DNA from: Eledone cirrhosa
Taxonomy: Eukaryota
Assembly: GCA_964016885.1 (NCBI GenBank)
Contig: OZ024743.1
Location: forward strand, 91,140,001 to 91,204,000
Direction: 5' to 3'
Length of the DNA: 64,000 nt
Shown: positions 51,801 to 61,100 of the stretch, piece by piece
Layout: every line of letters begins with the position of its first letter
Numbering within the stretch: position 1 is the first letter of the stretch
The notes under the pieces: model-generated
What the model was told of the DNA's origin: nothing
Seen by the model: the letters and a program-made list of their open reading frames with translations, nothing else
Databases searched by the model: none
Program-made: the position numbers and the translations under genes

Positions 51801-54800
51801 ACGGGGTCGATAAAATAAAGTACCAGTAATGCACTGGGTAATTGCTGGCCTTGTGCCCAAAGTAGAAACAATTATCATCATGGTGGTGTATTGGCAGAAT
51901 CAGCATCAGATAAATATTTCTGTAGTATTTATTATGGCTATTTACATTCTGAGCTCAAATCCTACTGATATTAACTTTACCTTTCCTCATTTCAGGGTCA
52001 ATAAAATAAAGTACCAGTTAAATCTTGGGGTCGATATTATCGACTTTCCCCTTCCCTTGGCCTTGTGTCAATGCTAGAGTTATTATTATAGGGTGCTGGA
52101 TTGATAGGTAGAGCATCGGACAAAATACTTTACAGTATTTAGTTAGGACTTCCTATCTTCTCAGTTCAAATCCCACTGAGGTCAACTTTGCCTTTCATCC
52201 TTCCGTGTTGTCATTTCTATTGTGTAGGCAGCAAATTGGCAGAGTTAGGGTTAGAATTTGGATAGAATGCTTTGCAGTATTCATTTCAGCTCTCTGCTCT
52301 TTGAGTTCAAATCCCGTCAAGGTCAACTTTGCCTTTCATCCATTTAAGGTCAATAAAAAAATAATACCATTCTCTCACTCTCTCTACCATTCTCTGGAAG
52401 AAATCTGCTGTATTAAGACCTGGAGGGAGGGGCACCGCCAGGTTTTAAAATGCCCAAGAAACGCTGTATACAGCGCCCCTACAACTTTCTCGGGAGTTAC
52501 GGGATCATGCATGTTTAGCAGATGAATATAATAGAAATATCAACACAAATAATTATAATGATGTGTATTTGTTGTAACAGGAAAGGTGTGGTTTTATTAA
52601 ACATGAGATTAGTGAATGTTTGTGGAATTAGTCGTAAAGTCTTCATCATCATCATCATCATCAACGTTTAACGTCCGTGTTCCACGCTTGCATGGGTTTG
52701 GACGGGGGTATTCCCACTTGAGGCAAGAGTGATTGTCTTGCTCGCATAGGACTGTCTGGCAGGTTTTCTACGGTTGGATGCCCTTCCTAACACCAACCAC
52801 ATTTACAGTGTGGGTCTGGGAGGTTTTTACCGTGTTGCCTACACGGCCACATTACAGCGTGGACTGTGTGTTTTTTTGTCGTGACACCTACACGATCTCA
52901 TTTGTTTCGGCCTGGATGGCGCGGCACCAACATAACTTTACATAGAACAGGGTGGTGTGGATGGGGGGGGGGTATTTTGTTAGAGATGCCTACTGGCTGT
53001 AGTAGGTTTTACTATGTATTTAGGTAAGGCGGGTCTTCTCTGTTACTGAGTACCGCCAAAGGTCTCGGTCCAGTGACATTGTCTTGGAGAGGTGTAAGTG
53101 TGTGAGGTCGGAGTTTATCAGCTCGTCCCAGGTTTTTCTAGGTCTGCCTATTCCGTGGCTACCGTCTATCTTTATTGCCCTGCACTTTGTTATACAGCTA
53201 TCGACTTTCATGCGCATCACGTGTCCATACCAACGTAGCCTTCTCTCGAGTAAACAACATCTGATCCCTCTTATTTCTAATTTTTTCCTCAGTTCGTTTA
53301 TGCTTTGCCGTTCACGTATATTACTGTTACACATCCAGCGGAGCATGCAAGCTTCGTTCCTCTCTAGTCTGCGTATATCCTCTGCACACAATGCCCAGGT
53401 CTCACTGCCATGCAACATTGCTGTTCGTATGCAGGCATCATACAACCTGCCTTTCATTTTTAGGGAGAACCCTTTAGCAGCTAATAGTGGTATAAGCTCT
53501 CTGAACTTTTTCCAACCAGTTCTGACTCTAGCTACTGTACTTTCAGAGCACCCTCCCCCACTGCTGATTTTATCGCCCAGGTAACGGAAGCTGTCCACTA
53601 TTTCTATAGAACCCTCTGCGCAATTGAAAGAGCTAGTATTTTGTGGGCACTAGTTAACATTTTTTACATCTTTTATTCACAACTAATTACAAAGAGTTAA
53701 GTTGAGTGACATGTCAAAGTAAACAACAAACATTATTAAGAGTTGATAAAATAAAGTACCAGTAATGCACTGGCTAATTGCTGGCCTTGTGCCAAAACGT
53801 AGAAACAATTATTAAGAGTTAAGTGAATGTGGCATTGTGCCAGGCCACAGGCGGCCAAAGTGAAAGTCTCACCGTTACATGATTGTGTGTTGACCTTTCA
53901 GAGTCCAAGCAGCAAGAGAGAAATTTATGAATCGCCGCGGGAATTTTTCCCTCTGGGGCGGAAGTCAAGATACATTCTCCTACGCTGGCGGTGATTGGCT
54001 GAACTGAGCCAAACAATGTACGGAGAATGTATCCATGAGCCCTCGGAATGTAGGTCTATTGTATTGAGAGTACTCTTTATAATATGTGTGCAGTGCCTAG
54101 TAGAGCTATTTTCTGTATGCTGTATATATTTGTACGTCATGGGGTTTGTGTGTGTTTTTTTTTTTATCATTTCCAGAGTACTATATTATTATAAGGATGG
54201 TTTCTGTTTTCATCATCCACATTTGGGTTATTTCTATCTTCAGATCTTTATATTCGGTTAATTTCTCCATTTCCCTGATAGATATATTGTTGTGGGGATA
54301 GCTACATTAATTAGGAGACATTTTGTTTCCTTGAGGTCTTTGACTGTAATATTTGGTCAGTTAGCTTTGATCTCTTTGTCTGAATCTTGACATATCCCAG
54401 AATATAGTTGCTTTGCCATTCTCTGGTGTATGTTTGTACCAGCATTTTCTGTTGGTATTCTGTGGCCCCTTTTACATTAAATCATCATTTTACATCTGCT
54501 TTTCCCTGCTTGCAAGGGTGGGACGCGCCCTCTTCAGCACAGCATCTCTCCATTCGTCACAGTCCCTTGTCATCTTCTCTGTGAGCTTCAGCGATCTGAG
54601 GTCAGCTCTCACTACCTCTGCCCATGTTTTTCGTGGTCTTCCTTCCACCAGGATTTCTTGGGACTTCACCCAGCGGTCATCTTCCATGTGCATCACATGG
54701 CCATACCAACGCAGTCTTCTCTCCCGCTCACTACAGTTTCACTCTCAACTCGTCTATGCTGGGTCGTTCACGCACGTTGACATTGCACATCCATCGGAGC

Positions 54801-57706
54801 ATGCTTGTTTCATTTCTCTCCAGACTTCGCATATCCTCCGCAGTTGCTGCCCATGTCTCACTACCATGCAGCATTGCGCATCTCACATACGCATCATATA
54901 ACCGACCTTTCGTTCGTAGGGAGAAACACTTCATTGTCAACAGAGGAAGCAGCTCCCTAAACTTCTTCCAACCTGTCCTTATTTTAGATACTATGGCCTT
55001 GGAGCATCCTCCTCTTTTGCTAATCCTATCACCTAGGATACAAATCTCTCTGGAGTTAACTTTTCTCATTTCATCTTTCCAGACAAAAGTGCTTATAAAC
55101 TAAGTCAAGTACTGGGTTTGGTTTAAAGGATTCTTTCCTACTCAAATTGGAACCTTTTGTGTCAATGATAGAAGATATTGTTATTGTTAGTAATAAAGAG
55201 TACTTAACATTAACCTTTTTGGTATCAACCCACCCAAATCCGCTTCTGTTTCTATGAAACAAAACCACTAATTTTAAAGGGTTCCTACTTAAATTAAAAC
55301 TTTCCAGCTTAATTTTATATGAGACCATTTTGTTATGTGGCAAATACCATCTTAACCCTTTAGCATTTAAACTGGCTGTATCCGGTCAGAATTCTTTCAC
55401 CTCTTTCTGTTCAAATCGGCCACTCATACTGATGTTAAGGTATTGGTCTCAAAATAAATAACATCAAAATCTCATAGATTTGATATTATGTGAGATAAAG
55501 CCTTTACCATGAAAATACAATAGTAAATATAGAGTAATGTAAATGGTAATGGATTAATGAAATTATAATTTTAGTAAATCCTTCTCAAATTCCTCATTAA
55601 TTGATTAAAATACAAAGTATTTCACTAGAAATACTGTAATGAAAAGGTTAATAAAATAAAATGTTGTGTCCCCCAAATTTCAATATCAAAATCCACAGAA
55701 ATTCAGTGCTGATATTTCTTACAAAGTTAACATTCAGCCATTTCGTTTGTGAAGGTGAATGGCCTGCTGGTTAGGGTGTTGGACACACAACTATAAGGTT
55801 CTGGGTATTATTCTTGGACTGCACGACAGATCATATTCTTGAACAAGAGACATTTCATATTTTCTGGCTTTTTATGATAGGATGGGGTGGGGTGGGGCTT
55901 ATGTTAAAACATTCAAGAAATCTATGAGATACAACCTTGTAAGAGGCCAGTTAAACCTGCATAGTTGTAAACTAACAGCATAATACAACTGGGGCTTCTC
56001 TCATGTAACCACATCATAAGACTGGTATCAACACTAGGTGGCCATTAATATTTCTTTATACATAATTATATACAGTCAGTAAGCACCTCTTAACCAAATA
56101 TACACCCCATCCCACTACCCCTACTCCACCCTCCCACTCCCACCACCTTTCTCTGTAAAGTTATGTTGGTACCACAACATCCAGTCCAAAATAAATGGTC
56201 GTGTAGGTGTCACGACAAAAAAAAAAAAACACTCCACGCTGTAATGTGGCTGTGTAGGTAACACGGTAAAAACCTCCCAGTCCACACTGTAAATGTGGTT
56301 GGTATTAGGAAGGGCATCCAGCCATAGAAAACCTGCCAGGCAGTCCTATATGAGCGAGACATGGTCACCCGACCAATCTTGCCTCAAGTGGGACAATTCC
56401 CATCTCAACCCATGCTAGCGTGGAAGATAGATGTGAAACGATGATGATGATATATAGGAAGGCTTTAATTTAACCCTTTTAGCATTTACATTACTCTATA
56501 TTTACTATTGTATTTTCACGGTAAATACTTTATCTCACAAAATATCTGATTTACGAGATTTTGATATTATTTATTTTGAGAACAATACCTTAATATAAGT
56601 ATGAGCAGCCAGTTATGGCCAGATTAAATAGGAATCTCTTAAAATGGGTGATTGTTTCATAGAATCAGTTGGTTTTGGCTGGGTTTGTATCAAATCTCTA
56701 AAGGGAGATTTGGCTGTTGCTTCTAGAATAACTTTTCTACATAGGACTTTTGTATTATGTCAACATTTGTTCTGTCTCAGTTATTGTTTTATCAAATGAA
56801 TTGATGTAAAGTTAATGGAGTTGCACATCTGATTCATATATTTTCTTTTCTCAGGTGCTTTGACCACAGTATTATATCCAGTGAGTTTAAATGTTGAAAA
56901 AGATAATGCATCAACTACCAACTTTGGAAAGTTGAAAGTTGGTTACACACCAGTCCGTTCTGTAAGTTCAATGTTTATATTTCTTATTTGTCTAATGAGC
57001 TACTAGTCATCACTTCCCCTCTATTCAAGGACACACACTCTCTCACCTATAAGCAACATGTAATAGCCATTGCTACTTATTCCACAGTACCACCTTAGCT
57101 ATACTCCTACCCCCTCCTATCAATGCCTGGGTGAGGACCCAACAATTGCCCTAATGCTGGTGCCACAATAAAATGAACCTAGCCCATTTTGTAACATCGT
57201 AGTGTTGCTGTGACTATAAAATGCACATAGCTCGTTCTGTAAGGTGGTAGTGCTACTGTCACAATAAAATGCACCCAGTACATTCTGGAAAGGGGTTGGC
57301 ATTAGGAAGGGCTTAAGGCCATAGAAACCATACCAAAATGGAATGTATCAGCAAAGCATGGTCATCTGTGCTGTCTAAACTCAATATGACAACCTGTCCA
57401 ACCTACGCCAGCATCGAAAATGGTTGTAAAACAATGATGTTAGGCACTGTGATTAGGTTGCAGTTTCCTGGCCCAGCTAAGAAGTCAGTAACTACACTTG
57501 AGTTTCTGACTCGGTCTGTTGGTGGCCAGTCCAACCCTTGCTAGTAAGGAAAGTGGACGTTAAATGATGATAAAGTTGGGGTGGGGTCAGATTTACTTAT
57601 CTCATTCCTATTTGTACTTTTGTAAGAAAATTATATTTCCATCTTTTATTTGTTTTGACAGCGGCAAAGTCGGTCAAGCTCTCTAAGTCTGGATGAAAAA
57701 AACTGA
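9069..57706 (+). CDS. DLGAP5: DLGAP5/HURP (Mars)-like spliced gene, 5'-partial, 23 exons, with internally duplicated GKAP domain
   Basis: Exon 9069-9232 encodes [32 protein letters not shown], resembling the HURP N-terminal microtubule-binding motif. Exons 34847-36045 encode [71 protein letters not shown], the GKAP-domain core. All 23 exons have AG/GT boundaries with matching phases; the summed 5279 nt stay in one frame to TGA at 57704-57706. Confidence 0.88.
9250..9800 (+). mobile_element. Degraded RTE LINE 3' remnant with internal tandem repeats
   Basis: [21 protein letters not shown] motif; GGGTCATGTGTTGTGGAAGGATGAAAGTGA occurs three times. Confidence 0.6.
10150..10395. repeat. ~42-bp minisatellite, about 6 copies
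   Basis: Unit TTTATTGTGGCACCAGCACTCCCACCTTACTGGGTAGACTGTGC, related to the internal repeat of the SINE/LINE 3' module. Confidence 0.85.
10971..11586 (+). CDS. DLGAP5: DLGAP5-like exon B (Thr/Ser/Ala/Arg-rich repeat)
   Basis: Pyrimidine tract, ttttataaag|CAG CAA (NAGNAG alternative at 10974) ... ATT G|gtaagt; open frame matches ORF 10989-11645; phase 0 to 1. Confidence 0.8.
11030..11310 (+). repeat. Coding 21-24-bp tandem repeat (TSAAATR)
   Basis: About 11 degenerate ACCTCTGCTGCTGCTACAAGG units inside exon B. Confidence 0.85.
13602..13830 (+). CDS. DLGAP5: DLGAP5-like exon C ([12 protein letters not shown]; [10 protein letters not shown])
   Basis: tttcttag|GA TCT CCT ... AAG AA|gtatgt; phase 1 to 2. 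Confidence 0.8.
14436..14779 (-). mobile_element. tRNA-derived CORE-like SINE family 1 with RTE family-1 tail
   Basis: GGCTTAGTGGTTAGAGC / GAGTTCAATTC head; CCTTGAGCAAGACACTT...CTCAGCTGTAGAAATG core; tail CCGTCCCACCCTTGCAAGCAGGGAAAAG followed by (TGA)n. Confidence 0.85.
16870..17050 (+). mobile_element. tRNA-derived SINE family 2
   Basis: Same head and CTTTCATCCTTACGG..GATAAAATAAAGTACCAG domain as 5646-5824; other copies at 40478-40660 (+) and 44650-44830 (-). Confidence 0.82.
17474..17672. mobile_element. TTAA-flanked piggyBac-type MITE, intact copy
   Basis: TTAA|CCCTTTAGCATTT ... AAATGCTAAAGGG|TTAA. Confidence 0.85.
18015..18362 (-). mobile_element. SINE family 1, full-length
   Basis: Highly similar to 14436-14779. 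Confidence 0.85.
19474..20115 (+). CDS. DLGAP5: DLGAP5-like exon D (acidic 14-aa repeat)
   Basis: ttttcag|A ATT GGC ... GAA TG|gtaagt; phase 2 to 2; open throughout. Confidence 0.8.
19535..19890 (+). repeat. Coding 42-bp tandem repeat, 8.5 copies ([14 protein letters not shown])
   Basis: GTGGAAGAGAGCGAGGATGTCGTGGAGCAGGACAACGCTGCA units with exact 42-nt period inside exon D. Confidence 0.95.
20853..20926 (+). CDS. DLGAP5: DLGAP5-like exon E ([17 protein letters not shown])
   Basis: ttttgccag|G GTT GAA ... AAA A|gtaatt; phase 2 to 1. Confidence 0.75.
21052..23320. repeat. Composite minisatellite: 13 copies of a ~72-bp constant unit, each followed by variable (TG)m(TA)n; last unit split by a LINE
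   Basis: Unit GGTCTTCTGTGGAGTTGTAGCTCAKAGGTTTCCTGGGTGATTCAATGGTAGAGGCCCCACTCCTATTATGAA starts at about 21052, 21162, 21290, 21394, 21498, 21600, 21708, 21810, 21938, 22034, 22164, 22270 and 22384/23230. Confidence 0.95.
22389..23228 (+). mobile_element. RTE LINE family 2, 5'-truncated, inserted in the minisatellite
   Basis: [15 protein letters not shown]...IEKTRLT*, 3' UTR and (GAT)n tail; TSD AGGTCT at 22383-22388 and 23229-23234. Confidence 0.93.
23327..23670 (+). mobile_element. Old tRNA-derived CORE-like SINE
   Basis: GCATGGCTTAGTAGTTAAA head; CTTAAGCAAGACA...CTCCAGTTGACTCAGCTGTAAAAATGAG core. Confidence 0.65.
23851..25412 (-). mobile_element. RTE LINE (family 3), 5'-truncated, frameshifted
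   Basis: ORFs 24145-25008 and 25058-25288 (YADDL, PHD-like finger, HGSETW); (GAT)n tail; ~27-bp duplication at the 5' junction (25392-25453). Confidence 0.92.
25450..26940 (+). mobile_element. Decayed Penelope-like retroelement with inverted partial terminal repeat
   Basis: Broken frames RLPVLD / [21 protein letters not shown] / [39 protein letters not shown] / IKIVGKTG resemble the post-RT region of Penelope-like elements as I recall it; 25450-25568 is an inverted, diverged copy of 26743-26878. Confidence 0.6.
27368..27432 (-). ncRNA. Minimal type I hammerhead ribozyme motif (inverted copy)
   Basis: Reverse strand TATTTTAT CTGATGA AAGCGCACC...TTGTTGCCCTT GAAA TATGTA TA ATAAAATA. Confidence 0.6.
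27561..27626 (+). ncRNA. Minimal type I hammerhead ribozyme motif
   Basis: Stem I TATTTTAT/ATAAAATA; CTGATGA; stem II AAGCGCACC/GGTTGCCCTT; GAAA; quasi-palindromic stem III A-TATGTA-T; cleavage triplet ATA (cut after 27618). Confidence 0.65.
27911..28230 (-). mobile_element. SINE family 1
   Basis: Highly similar to 14436-14779; head ends at the TA tract where the mariner inserted. Confidence 0.85.
28244..29506 (-). mobile_element. Tc1/mariner DD37D (maT-type) transposon, full-length but inactive
   Basis: TA|CAGGGTGCGAACGATA...TATTGTCCGCACCCTG|TA; transposase pieces [19 protein letters not shown] and WPPSSPD; stop codon, frameshifts and loss of the NPLD motif. Confidence 0.9.
29570..29638 (+). 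CDS. DLGAP5: DLGAP5-like small symmetric exon E2 ([22 protein letters not shown])
   Basis: ttttcttttctttttag|TT CCT ... TCA G|gtgagg; 69 nt, phase 1 to 1, so it is not required for frame. Confidence 0.6.
29990..31733 (-). mobile_element. RTE LINE family 2, 5'-truncated, young
   Basis: ORFs 30338-31480 and 31506-31757 (frameshift in a G-run), YADD, (GAT)n tail. Confidence 0.95.
32400..32693 (+). CDS. DLGAP5: DLGAP5-like exon F1 (start of GKAP domain, [13 protein letters not shown])
   Basis: tttaaacag|CT GAT ... GAA G|gtaagg; phase 1 to 1. Confidence 0.85.
34847..35007 (+). CDS. DLGAP5: DLGAP5-like exon G1 (GKAP core, DLQGFWDMV)
   Basis: tttcag|TT CAA GGA ... TTT CAG|gtaagt; phase 1 to 0. 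Confidence 0.9.
35736..36045 (+). CDS. DLGAP5: DLGAP5-like exon H1 (end of [18 protein letters not shown])
   Basis: ctttgttag|GTG TCA ... TCT G|gtaaga; phase 0 to 1. Confidence 0.88.
36916..37324 (+). CDS. DLGAP5: DLGAP5-like exon I1
   Basis: ttttcag|AC TCT ... CGA AG|gtttgt; 409 nt, phase 1 to 2. Confidence 0.8.
37601..37674 (+). CDS. DLGAP5: DLGAP5-like exon J1
   Basis: tctgttccag|A AGT AGC ... AAA G|gtatgt; 74 nt, phase 2 to 1. Confidence 0.78.
38520..38822 (+). CDS. DLGAP5: DLGAP5-like exon F2 (duplicate of F1, 9 nt longer)
   Basis: Same splice sites as F1; open frame; phase 1 to 1. Confidence 0.8.
39003..39163 (+). CDS. DLGAP5: DLGAP5-like exon G2 (second GKAP core)
   Basis: 161 nt like G1, about 4 substitutions, intact AG/GT. 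Confidence 0.85.
39215..39413. mobile_element. TTAA-flanked piggyBac-type MITE (G2-H2 intron only)
   Basis: TTAA|CCCTTTAGCATTT ... AAATGTTAAAGGG|TTAA. Confidence 0.8.
39704..40013 (+). CDS. DLGAP5: DLGAP5-like exon H2
   Basis: 310 nt like H1, about 9 substitutions, intact AG/GT. Confidence 0.82.
40925..41333 (+). CDS. DLGAP5: DLGAP5-like exon I2
   Basis: 409 nt like I1, intact splice sites and frame. Confidence 0.78.
41612..41685 (+). CDS. DLGAP5: DLGAP5-like exon J2
   Basis: 74 nt like J1, intact splice sites. Confidence 0.75.
42778..43186 (+). CDS. DLGAP5: DLGAP5-like exon I3 (third copy)
   Basis: 409 nt, intact; its phase-1 acceptor is compatible with J2, H1 or H2. Confidence 0.78.
43933..44006 (+). 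CDS. DLGAP5: DLGAP5-like exon J3 (diverged paralog of J1/J2)
   Basis: tttctccag|C AGC AGA AGA CGA TCT CAA ... AAA G|gtatgt; [24 protein letters not shown]; 74 nt. Confidence 0.78.
45131..45256 (+). CDS. DLGAP5: DLGAP5-like exon K
   Basis: ttttatttag|AT TCT ACA ... AAG T|gtaagt; phase 1 to 1. Confidence 0.72.
46583..46727 (+). CDS. DLGAP5: DLGAP5-like exon L ([10 protein letters not shown]; NLIDFQTP)
   Basis: ttttgaaatag|TT ATG CCA ... GAG AG|gtaagc; phase 1 to 2. Confidence 0.75.
47300..47775 (+). mobile_element. Degraded RTE LINE family-1-like 3' fragment
   Basis: [22 protein letters not shown] and MLHGSETWA remnants; (GAT)n tail. Confidence 0.8.
50213..50477. mobile_element. TA-flanked Tc1/mariner-type MITE
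   Basis: TA|CTCTTGGGTCCCAAATAA ... TTATTCGAGACCCGAGAG|TA. Confidence 0.6.
50907..51109. mobile_element. TTAA-flanked piggyBac-type MITE
   Basis: Intact CCCTTTAGCATTTA / TAAATGCTAAAGGG TIRs with TTAA on both sides. Confidence 0.82.
51291..51364 (+). CDS. DLGAP5: DLGAP5-like exon M ([13 protein letters not shown])
   Basis: ttttttatag|G AAA AAG ... GAG T|gtaagt; phase 2 to 1. Confidence 0.72.
51430..52355 (+). mobile_element. Tandem cluster of about 5 SINE family-2 copies (young copy 51696-51876)
   Basis: Repeated GAGTTCAAATCC...ACTTTGCCTTTCATCC motif at about 51463, 51760, 51951, 52163 and 52303. Confidence 0.75.
52643..53650 (-). mobile_element. RTE LINE family 2, 5'-truncated, young
   Basis: ORF 53020-53598 nearly identical to the 30-kb copy; 3' UTR and (GAT)n tail. 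Confidence 0.95.
54481..55040 (-). mobile_element. RTE LINE family-1-like 3' fragment, degraded
   Basis: ORFs 54490-54696 and 54731-55069 homologous to the 3' part of 157-1823. Confidence 0.88.
56100..56452 (+). mobile_element. Isolated RTE family-2-like 3' UTR/tail
   Basis: Matches 22900-23228 (GTAAAGTTATGTTGGT...GGAAGGGCATCCAG...GATGATGA). Confidence 0.75.
56855..56961 (+). CDS. DLGAP5: DLGAP5-like exon N
   Basis: ttttctcag|GT GCT TTG ... CGT TCT|gtaagt; phase 1 to 0. Confidence 0.7.
57662..57706 (+). CDS. DLGAP5: DLGAP5-like terminal coding exon O ([14 protein letters not shown])
   Basis: tttgttttgacag|CGG ... AAC TGA; followed by non-repetitive UTR-like sequence and ATTAAA signals. Confidence 0.68.
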   Translation, partial: RQSRSSSLSLDEKN

Positions 57707-57988
57707 GACTGAAGTTCCTGAAACACTTCTATTTACCATACAAGATCTTTTATAGCTGTGAATAGATTCCTAACAAAATCTGGAGCAGCCCTATATACAT
57801 TTATCACAACAGTGTGAAATTAGTGTGAATGTGACATTGGATGTGACTGAATACTGGCTGAAGTTCATTATTGCTAAACCTGAGAGAGATATATCAAAGG
57901 TTGTTTTTAATCCAAAATCATAAAACAAACTACGTATATTTTTTTAAAGAATAATCACAAAATAACATATTCTCTTCAATGTACATAT

Positions 57989-58013
57989 TTTATTAAATTA
58001 AAGACTCATTAAA
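57989..58013. promoter_or_regulatory. Overlapping polyadenylation signals for the two convergent genes
   Basis: TTTATT at 57989-57994 is AATAAA on the - strand; ATTAAA occurs on + at 57992, 57997 and 58008. Confidence 0.55.
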
Positions 58014-58052
58014 AAGTATTGGTTGGGCAGGGAAACTATTCTGTATGGAAAT

Positions 58053-58102
58053 CTATCGTGTTGGCCTCCATGCATGCAAAACATCTTTGTAAAGCAGCTT
58101 GG
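58053..58102 (-). CDS. NDUFC2: NDUFC2 exon 3
   Basis: ttttctttttag|CC AAG CTG ... CGA TAG. Confidence 0.85.
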
Positions 58103-61100
58103 CTAAAAAGAAAAAAAAGACATTTAAATATATTGTAATTGGTTGACTTAAGAAGCAATGGGAAAATTTGAAATGTAGTTGTCCTAACATAAATGACTAT
58201 AATATTAGTTGAAGAAAGTGGATGCAGGCATCTCTGTCCACTATTTTCTGTCTCCAGGGGTACGGGGAATTAGACATGATTTTCCTAACTATTATTTATA
58301 GTGATGCACAACATTTCAAATATTACATTTAGATTTATTTTTGAAAAAAAAGTTTTACTATTTTACATTTACACAGAAAGTTTCTAAACTTAGCAAGCTG
58401 TTAGTAGAAACTGAGTTAGTAGACTTTAAATGTCTTAGTAATATTCCTTTACATTTTGCTATTCAAGAATTTTGCTGAAGTAAACATTCGGGACAGGTCT
58501 CCAGTGTGAAGATTCCTTCCCTCCTATCAGTCTCAAGAGGGTCTGAGAAAGGTCATTGACATAGCCTTTCCTGCCTTTATTCAACTATGAAAGAAAAGTG
58601 AATTGACAAATTGTCAGGCCTGATGAAAATATTTTGTCTGTTGTCCTTCTTTCAATAAACAGTAAAAAGAAAACATTTTAAATAAAAGCAAACAAAGAGA
58701 AAAAAATGTAATGTTTTTTTTTTTTTTTCACTCTTAACCCTTTAGCATTTACTATCATATTTTCATGGTAAAGAGTTTACCTCACATAATATCAAATCTA
58801 TGAGATTTTCATATTACTTATTTTGAGAACAATACCTTAACATCAGTATGAGCAGAAAGACGTTAGAGTAGTCTGGCCGGATATGGTCGGTTTAGATGCT
58901 AAAGGGTTAATGACCGTATCACATTAGCGAAATATTCTATGAAGGCATTACATAAAACATATTACAGGATGTTTCAGCTAGACCTACCTAGGTGAGTGGT
59001 AACAAAATACATTTCATCAACACCATTTAATGTCCATTTTCCCACGTTAGCATGGGTTACACGAGTTGTCTTGTTCCTGCAGAACAGCTGGATGCCCTTC
59101 CTCATCATCCTCATTTCCCTGCTTGCAAGGGTGGGACGGGAACTGATTCTGGCTTGATTTCTACAGCTGGATGCCCTTCCTAACACCAACCTCTGGGTGC
59201 TTTTTTGCTGTGGCACCTCCACGACCACTTTGCAGTGGAATGATAGGGACCCCAGTCCCTATCATCTCATTTCTGGAGCAATGTGAAATAAAGTGTCTTG
59301 CTCAAGGAAACAACACATCACCCAGTCTGAGAATTGAACTCTCAACCTTTCGATTGCAAGGCCAATGCTCTAATCACTAAGCCATGTGCCTTCCTAATGT
59401 AAAAAAAATCATAATTGGCCAGTATGGGCCTTGAACCCACAACATTCGCATTATTAGCACAATGTTCTAACCAATGAACTAACTGTCCATTCATACTGGG
59501 GCACTTATCATTAAAACAGAAGAAACCTTTGAAATACAACTTTGCATGGGGCCAGCTAAACCTACATATTACACTGTTGAGTACTTATCAATACCACTGC
59601 ATGATCTGAACCAACCAATGGAGGACCTTAACAGCATGACCCCAAACTACATTCTGTATCATGTTTCACAATCATAGGTCTGATAAACAAGCTATTCTGC
59701 TAAATTATTACAGTTAAGATGGATACTTACGAGCTTCCGGAAACCTTTCTGGGTGTTTTGCAATGTAATCTTCTATATAAACCCACTTTTTACGATTGTA
59801 ATCAAGGCGATAATTCTTAATCAAGTTTCCAGCATACAGTCCAATGAGACCAAAGGCAATGTGACGCTGAACACCTGGAAAAGAGAACTTAATCAAATCA
59901 CACACTACAAAGATGTTCTTTTAGATGGTCATGAACCTTGGGTAATGAGTGAAAGAATACAAGTGGCCGAAATGGGATTCCTCCAAAGGGTCTTTGGAGT
60001 AACGTTACTCAATAGAATGTGTAGCTCGGAGATCAAAAGAGTTATTCCAGGTAGAGCCTCTACTTCTCTGAATTGAGAGATCACAGCTCCGATATTATAG
60101 GCATCTATCTATCTAGGGCAGGTAAAATCCCTTGAGATCCATGGACAAGTTCTCTCCAGTAGTCTGTCCTTCATCCTCACCGCCATGTCCTGCATCTCCC
60201 AGAGATCAGTGTCTGTCCTTAGGGCATCAATATGTCAACCTTTGTGTCCATGTAGGGGCTCCCACAGGAGCACAGTGTAGTGTCAACTCTGAATGTCAGT
60301 GAGCATGTCCAGCTAACCTAAGTCTGTTATTTTCGAGAGTCTATACTGATTAATGTTCAGAGCCATCCTCAGCATTCTCGTGTAGCACCCATCCACCATC
60401 TGAGTGAGTTTCTTGGTCAGTGCCCAAGTCTCAGACACATACTGTAGCAATGAAGAGACAGATCTTCAGGTCTTTATGAAGGTCTGACTTCCACACTGAT
60501 CTCAAACTGTGGCATGCCACTCAGGCTTTGCTCTTCCTCTCAACCACTATAGGCATGTGGTTAAAATATCTCAGGAAAGAATCGTTGAACAGATTTGATG
60601 GGCAAAACCAACTGGCAGGAGACGGGGTTGACCCCGAGCAAGATGGTTGCTTCTGACAGGATCGTTTGGAGACTTCCACAACGACCCTCTCAGTAATAAA
60701 TAGGTGAAGAAGCAGACACGTTCATATGTACCAAAAGAGTACAGGAGCAGTAAAGTACTGAAAGTTTGAGGCTTAGGAATTGGGGTGATTGACTCATGAT
60801 CATAGGTTCAATTCCTGGAGTAGGTGGTGTGCTGTGAAGATGGTTGGATAGCATCCATAAGCTTGGCTGGTCCCGCTAGGGGATCCAGCCAGATCAGTTG
60901 GAGACGGCTGCGGACTCTACCCCAACGACCCACTCAGGAATACGTGAGCGAAGAAGATAGTAACTTAACATCTGGTTCTTACATAAATTTAGATAGGAAC
61001 CCATATAAAATGAGTGGTTTTGTTTGCTTGAACCGCAGTCAGTTTTGAAATGAAAGCTGGTATTCTATCATAATAGCTATATTCAGTGGCATCAATATTA

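Noticed and set aside
58480-58585. Alternative last exon or snoRNA in NDUFC2 intron 2
   Set aside because: An acceptor-like cttttctttcatag exists but leads to an immediate stop, while 58053-58102 gives the conserved C-terminus; there are no convincing C/D or H/ACA boxes.
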